DNA of 64,000 nucleotides, from the NCBI GenBank assembly GCA_038245295.1, contig JBBRSP010000002.1, positions 288,001 to 352,000 on the forward strand. The letters are read 5' to 3'. Shown piece after piece: positions 9,202 to 19,268 of the stretch. This DNA comes from Candidatus Binatia bacterium. Lineage in GTDB: Bacteria > Desulfobacterota > Binatia > HRBIN30. How positions within the stretch are numbered: position 1 is the stretch's first letter; each line of letters opens with the position of its first letter. Both the position numbers and the translations under genes were made by a program. Below the pieces are notes generated by a model. The model was not told the origin of the DNA, did no database searches, and saw only the letters and a list, made by a program, of their open reading frames with translations.

Positions 9202-9939
9202 TCAGAGCAACAGTAGACCTTCGACGTAGCCAATCTGGTACAGCATGAACAACCCAACTCCGAGGCTGGCGGCGCAGGCCAGCGATCTCAGGGCCAGGTG
9301 CGCCGTTTCGAAGCGTGTCGCGGTGAACTGTACGGGCAGGGCAACCAGTAGGCTCATAATCGCCATCCCGCCGATCGAGCCGATTCCGAAGACAACCACA
9401 TAAGCGAGTCCGAGCCATGGCGACGGGATCGTTGCGAGGACCAGGAGCATCACCGCGGCGCTACCGGCCAACCCATGCACCAGACCGATTACAATCGAGC
9501 GCCGCGGTGCTGGGGTCCATTCGGCTCGATGCGCATGTGACTGTAGATGCGGGTGAACGTGTAAATGGATGTGACGGTGTTGCTCATGGGCGTGCACATG
9601 GATGTGCAGGCGATCGCCGCGCCATAACGCGCGCAGGGCATACAACCCCAAGCCGATCAGCATCAAGGCGACGCAGAGCTCAAACGCCAGGGCCATGTGT
9701 TGATTGATACGCAACTGCAGGAAGATGACCGCGATGCCGGCGGCGAGCAGCGAGATGGTGTGGCCGACGCCCCACAGGGCGCCAACAACCAGCGAGCTGA
9801 AGACACTGCGGCGCTCACTGACGATCGTGGCGATGGCGGCAATATGATCGGCCTCGACAGCGTGCTTCAGTCCGAAGACGAGCCCCAAGCCAAGCGTTGA
9901 GAACGCCGACCACCATTCCGGACTCAACCAATCGGCCAT
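9202..9939 (-). CDS. Nickel/cobalt permease (UreH/NiCoT-like)
   Basis: KHAVEADHIAA, WGVGHT, His-rich loop HIHVHAHEQHRHIHLH and GLVHGLAGS motifs; multiple TM helices. Confidence 0.85.
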   Translation of the reverse strand: MADWLSPEWWSAFSTLGLGLVFGLKHAVEADHIAAIATIVSERRSVFSSLVVGALWGVGHTISLLAAGIAVIFLQLRINQHMALAFELCVALMLIGLGLYALRALWRGDRLHIHVHAHEQHRHIHLHVHPHLQSHAHRAEWTPAPRRSIVIGLVHGLAGSAAVMLLVLATIPSPWLGLAYVVVFGIGSIGGMAIMSLLVALPVQFTATRFETAHLALRSLACAASLGVGLFMLYQIGYVEGLLLL

Positions 9940-9993
9940 CGGCGCTCCATGCGTTACGCGTAGCACGCAACGCGCTGGAGCGGGTAGGGGTAT

Positions 9994-10040
9994 TTGGTCG
10001 GGCGTAGGGGGGGCACGTACCCCCCCCTACGCCCGACCAA
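9994..10040. repeat. Perfect 20-bp hairpin downstream of ahcY (REP-like or terminator)
   Basis: TTGGTCGGGCGTAGGGGGGG-cacgtac-CCCCCCCTACGCCCGACCAA; no clear U-tract. Confidence 0.75.
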
Positions 10041-10052
10041 GAGACGAGAACT

Positions 10053-11531
10053 TTAGTAGCGGTAGTGCTCCGGCTTGTACGGCCCATCGACCGACACGCC
10101 GATGTACTCGGCTTGCTTGTCGGTGAGGCGTGTCAGCTTCACGCCAAGCTTGCCGAGATGTAAGCGCGCGACTTCTTCGTCGAGCTGCTTCGGCAGCATG
10201 TAGACCTTCTTTTCGTACTTGCCGGTGTTCTGCCACAGCTCGAGTTGCGCCAGCACCTGGTTGGTGAACGAGGCACTCATGACGAACGATGGATGTCCGG
10301 TGGCGCAGCCCAGGTTCAGCAGACGTCCCTCGGCCAGGATCAGCACCGAGTGGCCGTCGGGGAATACCCACTCGTCGTACTGGGGCTTGATGTTGATCTT
10401 CGTGATGCCGGGGATCTTGCCGAGGCCGGCCATGTCGATTTCGTTGTCGAAGTGGCCGATGTTGCCGACGATCGCCTTGTCCTTCATCTGGGTCATGTGC
10501 TCGGCGGTGATGATGCCGAAGTTGCCGGTCGTCGTGACGAACAGGTCGGCGGTTCGTACGTAGTCTTCCAGAGTCGCCACTTCGTAACCCTGCATCGCCG
10601 CCTGTAGCGCGCAGATCGGATCGATCTCGGTGACGATGACGCGGGCGCCCTGGCCGCGCAGCGACTCGGCGCAGCCCTTGCCGACTTCGCCGAAACCGCA
10701 GACGACGGCGATCTTACCGCCCAGCATGACGTCGGTGGCGCGGTTGAGCCCATCGATCAACGAGTGGCGGCAGCCGTAGATGTTGTCGAACTTGCTCTTG
10801 GTTACCGAGTCGTTGACGTTGATGCCGGGGAACAAGAGCTCGCCCTTCTTCGCCATTTCGTAGAGACGGTGGACGCCGGTGGTGGTTTCTTCGCTGACAC
10901 CGCGGACGCGTGGCGAGATGCTCTGCCACTGGCCGGGCGCGTCCTTCTGCAGGCGTCGGACGAGATCGAGAATGATGCCCCACTCCTCGGACTCGGTCGC
11001 CGCGTCAAAGCCTGGGACCTTGCCGGCCTTCTCGTACTCCAGTCCCTTGTGCACGAGCAGCGTGGCGTCACCGCCGTCGTCGACGATGAGGTCTGGTCCG
11101 GCGCCGTCCGGCCACACCAGCGCCTCGTTCGTGCACCACCAGTACTCTTCGAGTGTCTCACCCTTCCAAGCAAACACAGCGATGCCCTGAGGCTTGTCGA
11201 CCGAACCGGTGCGGCCAACGGCAACCGCCGCCGCGGCGGTATCCTGTGTACTGAAGATGTTGCACGAGACCCAACGCACGTCAGCGCCGAGATCGGTCAG
11301 CGTTTCGATGAGTACAGCCGTCTGGGTCGTCATGTGCAGCGAGCCCATGATCTTGGCACCCGTCAACGGTTTCGAAGCGCCGTACTTGGCGCGTAGCGCC
11401 ATCAGGCCCGGCATCTCCTGCTCGGCGAGGCGAATCTCTTTGCGTCCAAGCTCGGCGAGCGCCAGATCCCTTACCTTGAACGGCGGGCGTGTCTCGGTGG
11501 TGACGGCCTTCTTCAGTGCGGTGTTGCTCAT
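10053..11531 (-). CDS. ahcY: Adenosylhomocysteinase
   Basis: [60 protein letters not shown] and C-terminal HYRY. Confidence 0.98.
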   Translation of the reverse strand: MSNTALKKAVTTETRPPFKVRDLALAELGRKEIRLAEQEMPGLMALRAKYGASKPLTGAKIMGSLHMTTQTAVLIETLTDLGADVRWVSCNIFSTQDTAAAAVAVGRTGSVDKPQGIAVFAWKGETLEEYWWCTNEALVWPDGAGPDLIVDDGGDATLLVHKGLEYEKAGKVPGFDAATESEEWGIILDLVRRLQKDAPGQWQSISPRVRGVSEETTTGVHRLYEMAKKGELLFPGINVNDSVTKSKFDNIYGCRHSLIDGLNRATDVMLGGKIAVVCGFGEVGKGCAESLRGQGARVIVTEIDPICALQAAMQGYEVATLEDYVRTADLFVTTTGNFGIITAEHMTQMKDKAIVGNIGHFDNEIDMAGLGKIPGITKINIKPQYDEWVFPDGHSVLILAEGRLLNLGCATGHPSFVMSASFTNQVLAQLELWQNTGKYEKKVYMLPKQLDEEVARLHLGKLGVKLTRLTDKQAEYIGVSVDGPYKPEHYRY

Positions 11532-12505
11532 GCGTTTATCCTCCCTGTCTTTGTTCGATTACGAATCGGACGCCGCGCGGTGGCGGCGAACAAACCTGGT
11601 CCTTTGACATGTGTGGCGGGCGGCAACGGCTGGACGCGAACGCGCTCGAAGCCGGTGCTGCCAAGCCAATCCTCTACCTGTGCCGGCGTGAAGCCGAGCC
11701 AGATGTGACCCATCTGTTGCCGGTACTCGCGGCGATCGTGTTGCAGCATGTCGATGATCAAGAGCCGGCCACCGGGCTGCAGCACGCGCAGCAGTTCGGT
11801 GAACGCGGCCGCTGGGTCTTGGACGTGATGCAACACCAGGCAGCTGACGGCAGCGTCGAGCGTGTCATCTTCGATGGGCAACGCTTCCAGACGACCCTGC
11901 CGTACCTCGACGTTGCCGATGCTCGACAAGCTCTGCCGCGCCGCCTTCAGCATGGCGCGCGAGCTGTCGACGGCGATCACCTGGTGCACGAACGGCGCGA
12001 CGGTCTGAGCGATCTGGCCGGTGCCGCAGCCGAGGTCACCGATCACCCACGTGTCTTCGAGCAATCCGGCAAGGGCCATCAAATCGAAGCGCTCGCCGAA
12101 CATGTCGCGCCGCAACTTGTCCCACTGCCCTGCTGCCGTGCTGAAGAATGCTTGCGAACGCGTTTGCCGCGCCGCGAGAATCGCCGCGAGGCGCTGGTCA
12201 TCGTGTGCCGCGATGCGTGTTTGTCCGGTCTGCTCGCGCATCAACGCCCACAAGCGTCGGGCGGCCGCGTCCAGATCTTCCAGCGGCATTCGATACAGCC
12301 GGCTGGTACCTTCGGGGCGTGCGGCGACCCAGCCTTCATCCGCCAACAGCTTGAGATGTCGACTCACCGTCGACTGCGGCAACTGCAGAACGCCACACAG
12401 GTCGGCGACACTGAGCTCCTCGTGCTCGATGACGCGCAGGAGACGCGCTCGCGTCAGATCCGCGAGAGCATTCATCCAATGAACGATGGGGGGCGTTGCT
12501 TCCAT
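11528..12505 (-). CDS. sahR: ArsR HTH plus class I methyltransferase-domain regulator (SahR family)
   Basis: N-terminal [17 protein letters not shown]-terminal DLGCGTG SAM motif, and ATGA overlap with ahcY. Confidence 0.88.
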   Translation of the reverse strand: MEATPPIVHWMNALADLTRARLLRVIEHEELSVADLCGVLQLPQSTVSRHLKLLADEGWVAARPEGTSRLYRMPLEDLDAAARRLWALMREQTGQTRIAAHDDQRLAAILAARQTRSQAFFSTAAGQWDKLRRDMFGERFDLMALAGLLEDTWVIGDLGCGTGQIAQTVAPFVHQVIAVDSSRAMLKAARQSLSSIGNVEVRQGRLEALPIEDDTLDAAVSCLVLHHVQDPAAAFTELLRVLQPGGRLLIIDMLQHDRREYRQQMGHIWLGFTPAQVEDWLGSTGFERVRVQPLPPATHVKGPGLFAATARRPIRNRTKTGRINA

Positions 12506-12536
12506 CCGTAAATCCGGATGTAGGGATATATGGATG
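12503..12536. promoter_or_regulatory. Putative SahR operator palindrome plus adjacent half-site
   Basis: CATCCG-N6-CGGATG (12503-12520) overlaps the sahR start codon. A second GGATG half-site ends at 12536. Confidence 0.6.
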
Positions 12537-12574
12537 CCACGTCGGCGTCAAGGATGGAAACGCAATGCGCCGAC

Positions 12575-12639
12575 CCCGTGCCCGTGCCCCGCCGCTCGTT
12601 GCTCTGGTTCCACCTTGGATCGGGCAAGGGCAAGGGCAA
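12575..12639. repeat. Hexamer-tandem imperfect inverted repeat
   Basis: (CCCGTG)2CCC ... (GGGCAA)3. Confidence 0.55.
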
Positions 12640-12789
12640 GCGAACCACCGCGGCTCCGAGTCATGCGGGCAGAATCGAGAGGCTCTGGTCGAAGCGTTGA
12701 CAGGGGGAAGTACGGGCTGGGCGTTGAGCCGCAGGATCCTCTCGTGGTGAAGGAGATGCATCACATACTGTGGGCCATGGCCGCTCTCA

Positions 12790-13893
12790 TCAGTGTGCCG
12801 TTGGCGGCGTCAGCACCTGCTCGTAGGCCAGGGTAACCTGTCGCCATGAGTAGAGCGCCTGAGTACGACAGCGCGCCGCCGCGCCAAGCTCAGCGTGAAA
12901 GCCGTTCAGCACGGCCTCAAGCTGCTGGCTAAGACTGCGAGGATCGTTGAACGCGTAGTACAAGACGGCATCGCCGCCGACTTCGCGATGCTCTGGAGTA
13001 TCATTTGCGATCACCACCAGGCCGGCGCCCATGGCCTCGACGAGGGCCGGGTGTGTTCCGCCGACTTCGGTTGCCTGGACATAACACGCCGCGTGCCTCT
13101 GCAGCTCTCGGTACCCCTCGCCAAACACGAAACCGGCAAATAGGATTCGTGGATCGCCACCCGCCGCTTCGAGCAACTCACGCTTGTACTGATCCGCATA
13201 CGGTGCGTCACCGACGATCACCAATTTGAACGACGTCTCGACGTTGCGAAACGCACGGATCACCACCTCGGCATTATTCTCGGGTTCTAACCGGCTGACG
13301 TAGAGAACGTATCGGCCTGGCTCGAGCCCGAAGCGATCGACTGCGTCGCGCGTCGCACACGACTCGGTGCGCGCACCATAGGCAATCATGACTGAATCGA
13401 CCCCGTAGATGTCCCGGTAGTAGGTGCGGATGACCTCGGCGTCGGCGATCACGACGTCGGCCAACTTGGTGGCGAGCCATTCGCCCGCTCGGTAGTAGGC
13501 GCGGCCGGCAGCGCTCCACTTCTTGCGACGCCGTTCGATGCCGTCGACATTGATGACAACCCGTGCGCCAGCCAGGCGCGGCAACAGCGCAAACATGCTG
13601 TTGGCAGCGTTGCAGATGAGAACGGCGTCATAGCGGCGCCACAAACAGTCGATGGCGCTCAGGGCGCTGTGCATCACTGTGTCGAGGTACTTCGAGCGGA
13701 TCGTGCGCAAGACCCGCAGGCGCACACCGCGGTAGCTCGTGCCATGCAGACGTGGATCAACATGATGGGCGCGGCAGTACACCGTAACGTCATGGCCGCG
13801 CGCTGCCAGCCGACTTCCCAACTCCTCGGCCAACGTCTCGAACCCGCCGTAGCTGGCGGGAATACCGCGCGTACCTAGGATCGCCAGCTTCAT
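12790..13893 (-). CDS. GT4 glycosyltransferase, DUF1972/RgpA-like
   Basis: ILGTRGIPASYGGFET, NVDGIE, SRLEPENN and EVGGTHPALVEAMG motifs. Confidence 0.92.
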   Translation of the reverse strand: MKLAILGTRGIPASYGGFETLAEELGSRLAARGHDVTVYCRAHHVDPRLHGTSYRGVRLRVLRTIRSKYLDTVMHSALSAIDCLWRRYDAVLICNAANSMFALLPRLAGARVVINVDGIERRRKKWSAAGRAYYRAGEWLATKLADVVIADAEVIRTYYRDIYGVDSVMIAYGARTESCATRDAVDRFGLEPGRYVLYVSRLEPENNAEVVIRAFRNVETSFKLVIVGDAPYADQYKRELLEAAGGDPRILFAGFVFGEGYRELQRHAACYVQATEVGGTHPALVEAMGAGLVVIANDTPEHREVGGDAVLYYAFNDPRSLSQQLEAVLNGFHAELGAAARCRTQALYSWRQVTLAYEQVLTPPTAH

Positions 13894-13923
13894 TGTCCCG
13901 CCGCGATAGCCTCGCGCCGACGA

Positions 13924-15021
13924 CTATCGCAAGCGCCTCGACACAGTCAGTAGGCGGCGGGGCACCTGCAGCGCAGCCCCGATCAGGCTCGAAGAGCCCC
14001 AGCTTGTAGCCACTGCGGTGCCGAAAGCCGGCAAGGCTCGATAGCCGGCCCGGCGCCGCGCTTCGAACCAACATTGCGCCACGTTCGGTGTGACTCCCCA
14101 GTGCGAATTGCCGGCTCGATACCATAGCTCTCGAGCTTCACTCGTGCCGAGCCCAGGAGTCATGACCGCCGCAGCCTTGCTGACGTCGATGACAGGGCAG
14201 GTATCTCGTAGAACCCGTAAGGCCGTTGCCAGCAGTCCGCCAAACCGCCCCTGACGCGCCGTGCGCTGGACTTTCTCCCAGTCGATGCCGTCAGCATGGG
14301 GGCCGCGCAGAACGGCGCTGAGATCGGTAAGCCAGCGCAGGCCCGGGGTGCGATTCGACCACATTCCGTCGAGCACGATACGCATCAGCTCCGTCGAAGC
14401 AGCCGACACCTGTACCACCATCGACGCGAACTCAACGGCGAAACCGTCGGCTGTGTCGGTTGGCTTCCAAGGCAGACCCCATGCCAGAATGATCGGATTG
14501 CCTTCGCGATCACAAAAACGCAGCGACGTGAGCCGTTCAACGTGGGCGCGGCGCAAGCGAATGGGTGCCGCAAATCCCGCACCACTCAGGGTGGCAAATG
14601 CGTCGAGCGCCTGGCCAACCTCTACCCGCACGACGCTATCATCGATCAAGCGCGCGCCGAGGTCGGGAGCATGCGTCAGACTGATTGCCACCCCACCCGA
14701 CAGGGAAACATTGATCCCGGCGTCGCGCAGCAGCTCCACACATGACGACAGCCGGCGCAACGCGAGCTGATTGTGCGACCAATTGTAGCGATGCAGCCCC
14801 TTGAGCCGACCGAGCGACGCATCCGCCACCCCCTGGCGAATCAGGTTACGATAGACCCACGGCAGTAGATGGCGCGTCGCGGCGTCGACGTCGTCGATGC
14901 GATTCGCCCTGCTCCAGGCCTCCCACGCGTTGGCGGCTTGTTCGCCGGGCAGCGTCGCTGCAGCGAACAACTCACACTGGGCTGAGGTCGGCACTAGCCG
15001 ACCCAGATTCAGCTCATCCAT
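13924..15021 (-). CDS. NTP_transf_5-family nucleotidyltransferase paralogue with degenerate catalytic motifs
   Basis: Alignable by eye to the neighbouring gene (AWEAW..DDVD...LLPWVY; RWLTD..IDW), but LKG and DxD are replaced by SGG and DDSVV. Confidence 0.7.
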   Translation of the reverse strand: MDELNLGRLVPTSAQCELFAAATLPGEQAANAWEAWSRANRIDDVDAATRHLLPWVYRNLIRQGVADASLGRLKGLHRYNWSHNQLALRRLSSCVELLRDAGINVSLSGGVAISLTHAPDLGARLIDDSVVRVEVGQALDAFATLSGAGFAAPIRLRRAHVERLTSLRFCDREGNPIILAWGLPWKPTDTADGFAVEFASMVVQVSAASTELMRIVLDGMWSNRTPGLRWLTDLSAVLRGPHADGIDWEKVQRTARQGRFGGLLATALRVLRDTCPVIDVSKAAAVMTPGLGTSEARELWYRAGNSHWGVTPNVAQCWFEARRRAGYRALPAFGTAVATSWGSSSLIGAALQVPRRLLTVSRRLR

Positions 15022-15097
15022 GGATGGCCCACGGCCTTGCGAAGCCCACCCTTGGGCGGGCTCAGGACGAGAGGAAGGCTGCGCACCGACGAGAGCC

Positions 15098-16210
15098 TCA
15101 CATGGCAGCCCGGCGTCGACGCAGGGCGCGGCTCAAGATGGACCATAGGGTATCAGCTTCGGAGCGATCGAGAACATAGCGCCGGAAGCCGGCGACGCGC
15201 TCCAGCCATGAGCGGTCGGCGGCCAAGCGCCACCAGTTGAACCAGTAGCCGTGAAAATCACCGACGTAGCGACTACGCGGCAGCGTCGTGCGGACATAGT
15301 GTTCGAGGTGCTCCATTGGCGCAATTTTCACGGCGTCGAGTCGCGCCAGGACGGCACCCGGCACGGCAACTCCGACGTTCTTCCAGAGCCAGCGCAAGGC
15401 GTCGCGCATTGGGAGTACCAGGCGTAGCTGCTCGGTGGTCGCCAGCATACGCTGCCAGTCAAACGTTGCTGCATCACCGATGATGGCGTGCGCATCGCAT
15501 ACCCAGCGCAGGGGAGGTAGCTCACTCCATTTCACTCCGTGGACGATCACATGCAACAACATGTCGGCCGGATGCAGCCCCCACAAATGGCCTTCGTAAC
15601 CAGGTAGCGGGTGCACAGCCTGCCACAGCTCGTTTTCGCTGCCGGGCTGGCAGGTCTCGGGTAACAGATGCCAATGCAAGTCGATCGCGCGGTGCTGGGG
15701 ATCACTGAAGTTCATCGAGTTCATCGTGCGCAAGCGACGCGCCGATAGCTCGAACTCCGCAACCCAGCCCTGTCGTCGTACCGCCTCCACGGCGCGCGCC
15801 GCATCACCTTCGGGCACGAGCACATCGATGTCGCTCATAGGGCGCACCCCGGCGTCCTTGTAATACTCGATCACCAACGCTGCGCCTTTGAGGATTGCTA
15901 CCCGCACGCCCGCGTCGTGCAGCAGGCCGGCGACAACTTTGAGGTCGCGCAAGTGCATTTGCGTTTCGGCCCAGGTGCGGCGGTAGTGTTGCTTGATGGT
16001 ATCGTGCCAGAGGGGCTCCAGCAGCTCGGGCCGCCGCCGATAGATCAGCGGCAACAGACGCTCCGACGCCGGATCGAGCCCATCCAGATCAGCGCCGTGG
16101 TACCACTGTTGCCAGGCCAGAGCGCCGGGGGCCCCAGGCAGCAGCGCCGCGCGCAGCAGCAGAACTTGCCGTGGCATCGGCCAGCAGCCACCCGAGCTTT
16201 GACCCTTCAT
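15098..16210 (-). CDS. NTP_transf_5-family nucleotidyltransferase
   Basis: ILKGAAL..YY....RPMSDIDVLV, IDLHWHL, LLHVIVHG and RWVCD motifs. Confidence 0.88.
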   Translation of the reverse strand: MKGQSSGGCWPMPRQVLLLRAALLPGAPGALAWQQWYHGADLDGLDPASERLLPLIYRRRPELLEPLWHDTIKQHYRRTWAETQMHLRDLKVVAGLLHDAGVRVAILKGAALVIEYYKDAGVRPMSDIDVLVPEGDAARAVEAVRRQGWVAEFELSARRLRTMNSMNFSDPQHRAIDLHWHLLPETCQPGSENELWQAVHPLPGYEGHLWGLHPADMLLHVIVHGVKWSELPPLRWVCDAHAIIGDAATFDWQRMLATTEQLRLVLPMRDALRWLWKNVGVAVPGAVLARLDAVKIAPMEHLEHYVRTTLPRSRYVGDFHGYWFNWWRLAADRSWLERVAGFRRYVLDRSEADTLWSILSRALRRRRAAM

Positions 16211-16301
16211 TGCTTACGTATGACGCAGGCCCGACAGTCCGTGCAAGGTCTCGTTCGGCTTGACCCTGCCGCCGGTTCGATGGACTATTGCGTCCATCGT
16301 T

Positions 16302-17165
16302 ATGATCTCGGTTGTCACGCTACATCTTGAACGCGAACTTCATACGAGTAGATTTGTGGATCGACTCTATGAACACACGCGAATCCCGTTTGAGCTCATC
16401 CTCGTCAGTCAGGGGTCCGAGCCGCCGACCGTCGAATGGCTCAACCTCCTCCGTAAGGACCGGCCCAACTTTCACGTGATTCTCAACGATCGTAACGTCG
16501 GCACGGCGGTGGGCCGCAACCGGGGAATTCTTGCCGCCCAGGGAGAGTACGTGGTTGTCGTCGACAATGACGTCGAATTCACCGAACAATGGCTCGAGCC
16601 ACTGCTTGAAACGGCTCGCAACGATGAGTCGGTTGCATGCGTCGGTGCCATGATCCTGACACCGCAGGGGCGTCCACAATATTGCTCGCATTACACGGTG
16701 GAGCGCCAGCAAGCAGATGGGTTACGGTCGATCGGATTGCGCTTCGATCGTTGGTTCGCAGCAGACTCGCCGGAGATCGGCGCCGAGTGCGATGTCCCGT
16801 GGTATCCGACCACCTGCCTTCTGATACGGAAGGAGGCCTTCGACAGGGTTGGCGGGTTCGATGAGCGACTCTTTCTCGCTGAAGAAGACAAGGATTTGTG
16901 CCTGGCCTTGCGAAACTCCGGCTATCGCGTCGTCTTCAATCCGAGGTCACGCGTGGTTCACAATGGCTACCCTCGCGATCCTGGCTACGCCAAGCTCCGC
17001 GAGAACCTGCCGCTTCTGCATCGCGACAAGCGCTACTTCGAGCAGAAATGGTCCTGCGGCGTCATCAACGAATCATCGCGCACGTACCTGCTACAGAGCG
17101 GTATCTCGGAAGAGAGGCTGCAACAGTATGAGAAGTTCCCTCTCTTTATGAAGGTCGTCCCCTAA
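16302..17165 (+). CDS. GT2 glycosyltransferase
   Basis: NVGTAVGRNRG, VVVDND, VGGFDE...EEDKDLC and GYRVVF motifs. Confidence 0.88.
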   Translation: MISVVTLHLERELHTSRFVDRLYEHTRIPFELILVSQGSEPPTVEWLNLLRKDRPNFHVILNDRNVGTAVGRNRGILAAQGEYVVVVDNDVEFTEQWLEPLLETARNDESVACVGAMILTPQGRPQYCSHYTVERQQADGLRSIGLRFDRWFAADSPEIGAECDVPWYPTTCLLIRKEAFDRVGGFDERLFLAEEDKDLCLALRNSGYRVVFNPRSRVVHNGYPRDPGYAKLRENLPLLHRDKRYFEQKWSCGVINESSRTYLLQSGISEERLQQYEKFPLFMKVVP

Positions 17166-17167
17166 CG

Positions 17168-18196
17168 ATGCCGATGCACACCGAATTCAAGTGGAACAGG
17201 CTGCCCCGACCGCGGCAGTTGATCCTCACCGTGACGGATCGCTGCAATCACTTCTGCGACATGTGCTACTACCACGCGTCGCTCAACAAGAAGACCCAAC
17301 TGCTGTCCCTGGCCGAGTACGAGCGGCTCTCAGATCAACTGCAGCAGGTCGAGCTCCTGCTGATCTCGGGCGGTGAGCCGTTCCTGCGCAAGGATGTCAC
17401 CGAGATCATCGAGATTTTCTATCGCAACAACGGCACGCGCACCGTGTTCATTCCGTCAAACGGCTCGATGCCGGCGGAGATCTTCAAGGTTGTAAGAGCG
17501 ATGCTCAGTTGCATGCCGGAGTTGCAGCTCACCTTGATGATGTCTCTGGAGGGTCGGCGCGACGAGCACGACCGGATCCACGGCAAACTTGGTGCCTTCG
17601 ACTCGGTTATCGAGACGATTCGCCGGCTGACCGTGCTGCGTGTGCACCGCCACTTGCACCGCAAGCCACCACTTGGGGTGCTGCTCAACACGGTCGTCTC
17701 GAATCAGAACGTCGACCGCATCCTGCCACTGATGAGCTACGTCAAAGACCACGTGCCCGTCAGCTCACACACGTTCTCACCCATGCGTGGAGCGGGGCCG
17801 GTGGCGAGTTGCACGACGCCCTCGGCGGCACAGTTCGAGGCGCTCGTGCGCGACGCACAACCCTACTTCGAGCACTACCTTCAAAAGCAACCCGCCGCGA
17901 TGAAGGCCACCCTGGAGCGCTACGCATTGTGGATGGACCTGATCGGCGGCAAGGGCTTGCCGCATCAATGCCAGGCCGGGAATTACATCGGCGTCATCGA
18001 GCCAGACGGACGAGTTCGCCTCTGCGAGCTGACTCCGGTGATCGGTAACCTGCGCGAAGCCGACTTCGATTTCGAGAAGGTTTGGACATCGCCCGAGGCC
18101 AACGCGCTACGCCAGCAGATCATCAATTGTTCGTGCACCCACGCCTGCTTCATCAACGCGAGCCAGAAGTACTACTCCCTCAAGCTCGATGCGTGA
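17168..18196 (+). CDS. Radical SAM protein with Twitch/SPASM-like C-terminus
   Basis: CNHFCDMC, SGGEPF, and C-terminal CQAG...PDGRVRLCE...CSCTHAC. Confidence 0.9.
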   Translation: MPMHTEFKWNRLPRPRQLILTVTDRCNHFCDMCYYHASLNKKTQLLSLAEYERLSDQLQQVELLLISGGEPFLRKDVTEIIEIFYRNNGTRTVFIPSNGSMPAEIFKVVRAMLSCMPELQLTLMMSLEGRRDEHDRIHGKLGAFDSVIETIRRLTVLRVHRHLHRKPPLGVLLNTVVSNQNVDRILPLMSYVKDHVPVSSHTFSPMRGAGPVASCTTPSAAQFEALVRDAQPYFEHYLQKQPAAMKATLERYALWMDLIGGKGLPHQCQAGNYIGVIEPDGRVRLCELTPVIGNLREADFDFEKVWTSPEANALRQQIINCSCTHACFINASQKYYSLKLDA

Positions 18197-19268
18197 ACCC
18201 GAGTACGATCTTCGCAACCGTCGAGCTCACGTTGGTGGCGAGGTACTCGGCCGGCGGAGTCCACGCCGGGGGCTGAGCCAACGCCAGCCGCACGGCGTCG
18301 ACGATCGCACCGGGGTCGGCACCACTGAGGATGCTGCTGCCGGCTTCGACGGTTTCCGGCCGTTCAGTAACGTCGCGTAAGGTCACGTTGGGGACCTGGA
18401 ACAGGCAGCACTCTTCCTGCACCGTCCCCGAGTCGGAAAGCACGCAGCGGGCGTTTTGCTCGAGGCGGACGAAGTCAAACAGCCCGAGGGGCGAGACAGT
18501 CCGCACACCATCGGTGAATGCCTGGCCTTGCCTCAAGAGCTGCCCACGGGTGCGCGGATGTAAGCTGCAGACGATCGGCAGATCGTGCTCCGCAAGCAAA
18601 CGAGCCAAGCCGTCGATGAAACCAGCCAGGCGAAGCGGCACGTCGACGTTCTCGGCGCGATGCAGGGTCACCAGGAAGTAGCCGCCAGGCTCGAGCCCCA
18701 ACCGCCCCAAGATCGTGCTGGCGGCAATCTCTGCAGCATGATGAACCAGCACTTCATGGATTGGATTACCGACGACGAAAATGCGATCCGCGGCGCAGCC
18801 TTCGCGCAACAGGTTGGCGCGGCTGCGTTCGGTGTAGGGCAGCAAGACGTCGCTACAGTGGTCGATCACACGGCGATTGACCTCTTCGGGAACCCTATCA
18901 TCGTAGCAGCGATTGCCGGCCTCCATGTGGAAGACAGGAATTCCCATGCGCTTGGCGACCAGCGCGCAAAGCCCGCTATTGGTATCGCCCAGGATGAGGA
19001 GCCGATCCGGTTGCTCTTCCTGAAACAGACCCTCGCAAGCGCAGAGAATCTTGCCAATCTGCTCCATCGGCGTCGCCGAACGGCAATCGAGCTGGTGATC
19101 CGGGCGGCGCAACCGCAGCTCGTCGAAGAAGACATCGTGCAACGGGGGCTCGAAGTTCTGCCCGGTGTGGACGAGCACGTGGCGGCAGTGCTGATCCAGT
19201 AACGGCAGGATGCGGCTCAGACGGATGATCTCCGGCCGGGTACCGAGCACCGTCACAACCTTCATCAT
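18180..19268 (-). CDS. fnlC: Non-hydrolysing UDP-HexNAc 2-epimerase (FnlC/WbjD/WbvD type)
   Basis: GTRPEIIRLS, HTGQN, EAGNRCYD.RVPEEVNR, SDSGTVQEE and TERPE motifs. Confidence 0.88.
   Translation of the reverse strand: MMKVVTVLGTRPEIIRLSRILPLLDQHCRHVLVHTGQNFEPPLHDVFFDELRLRRPDHQLDCRSATPMEQIGKILCACEGLFQEEQPDRLLILGDTNSGLCALVAKRMGIPVFHMEAGNRCYDDRVPEEVNRRVIDHCSDVLLPYTERSRANLLREGCAADRIFVVGNPIHEVLVHHAAEIAASTILGRLGLEPGGYFLVTLHRAENVDVPLRLAGFIDGLARLLAEHDLPIVCSLHPRTRGQLLRQGQAFTDGVRTVSPLGLFDFVRLEQNARCVLSDSGTVQEECCLFQVPNVTLRDVTERPETVEAGSSILSGADPGAIVDAVRLALAQPPAWTPPAEYLATNVSSTVAKIVLGFTHRA

Noticed and set aside
11516..12511. 331-aa + strand ORF, and a SAH riboswitch before ahcY
   Set aside because: The ORF is antisense to sahR. 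ahcY overlaps the sahR stop, leaving no leader for a riboswitch.
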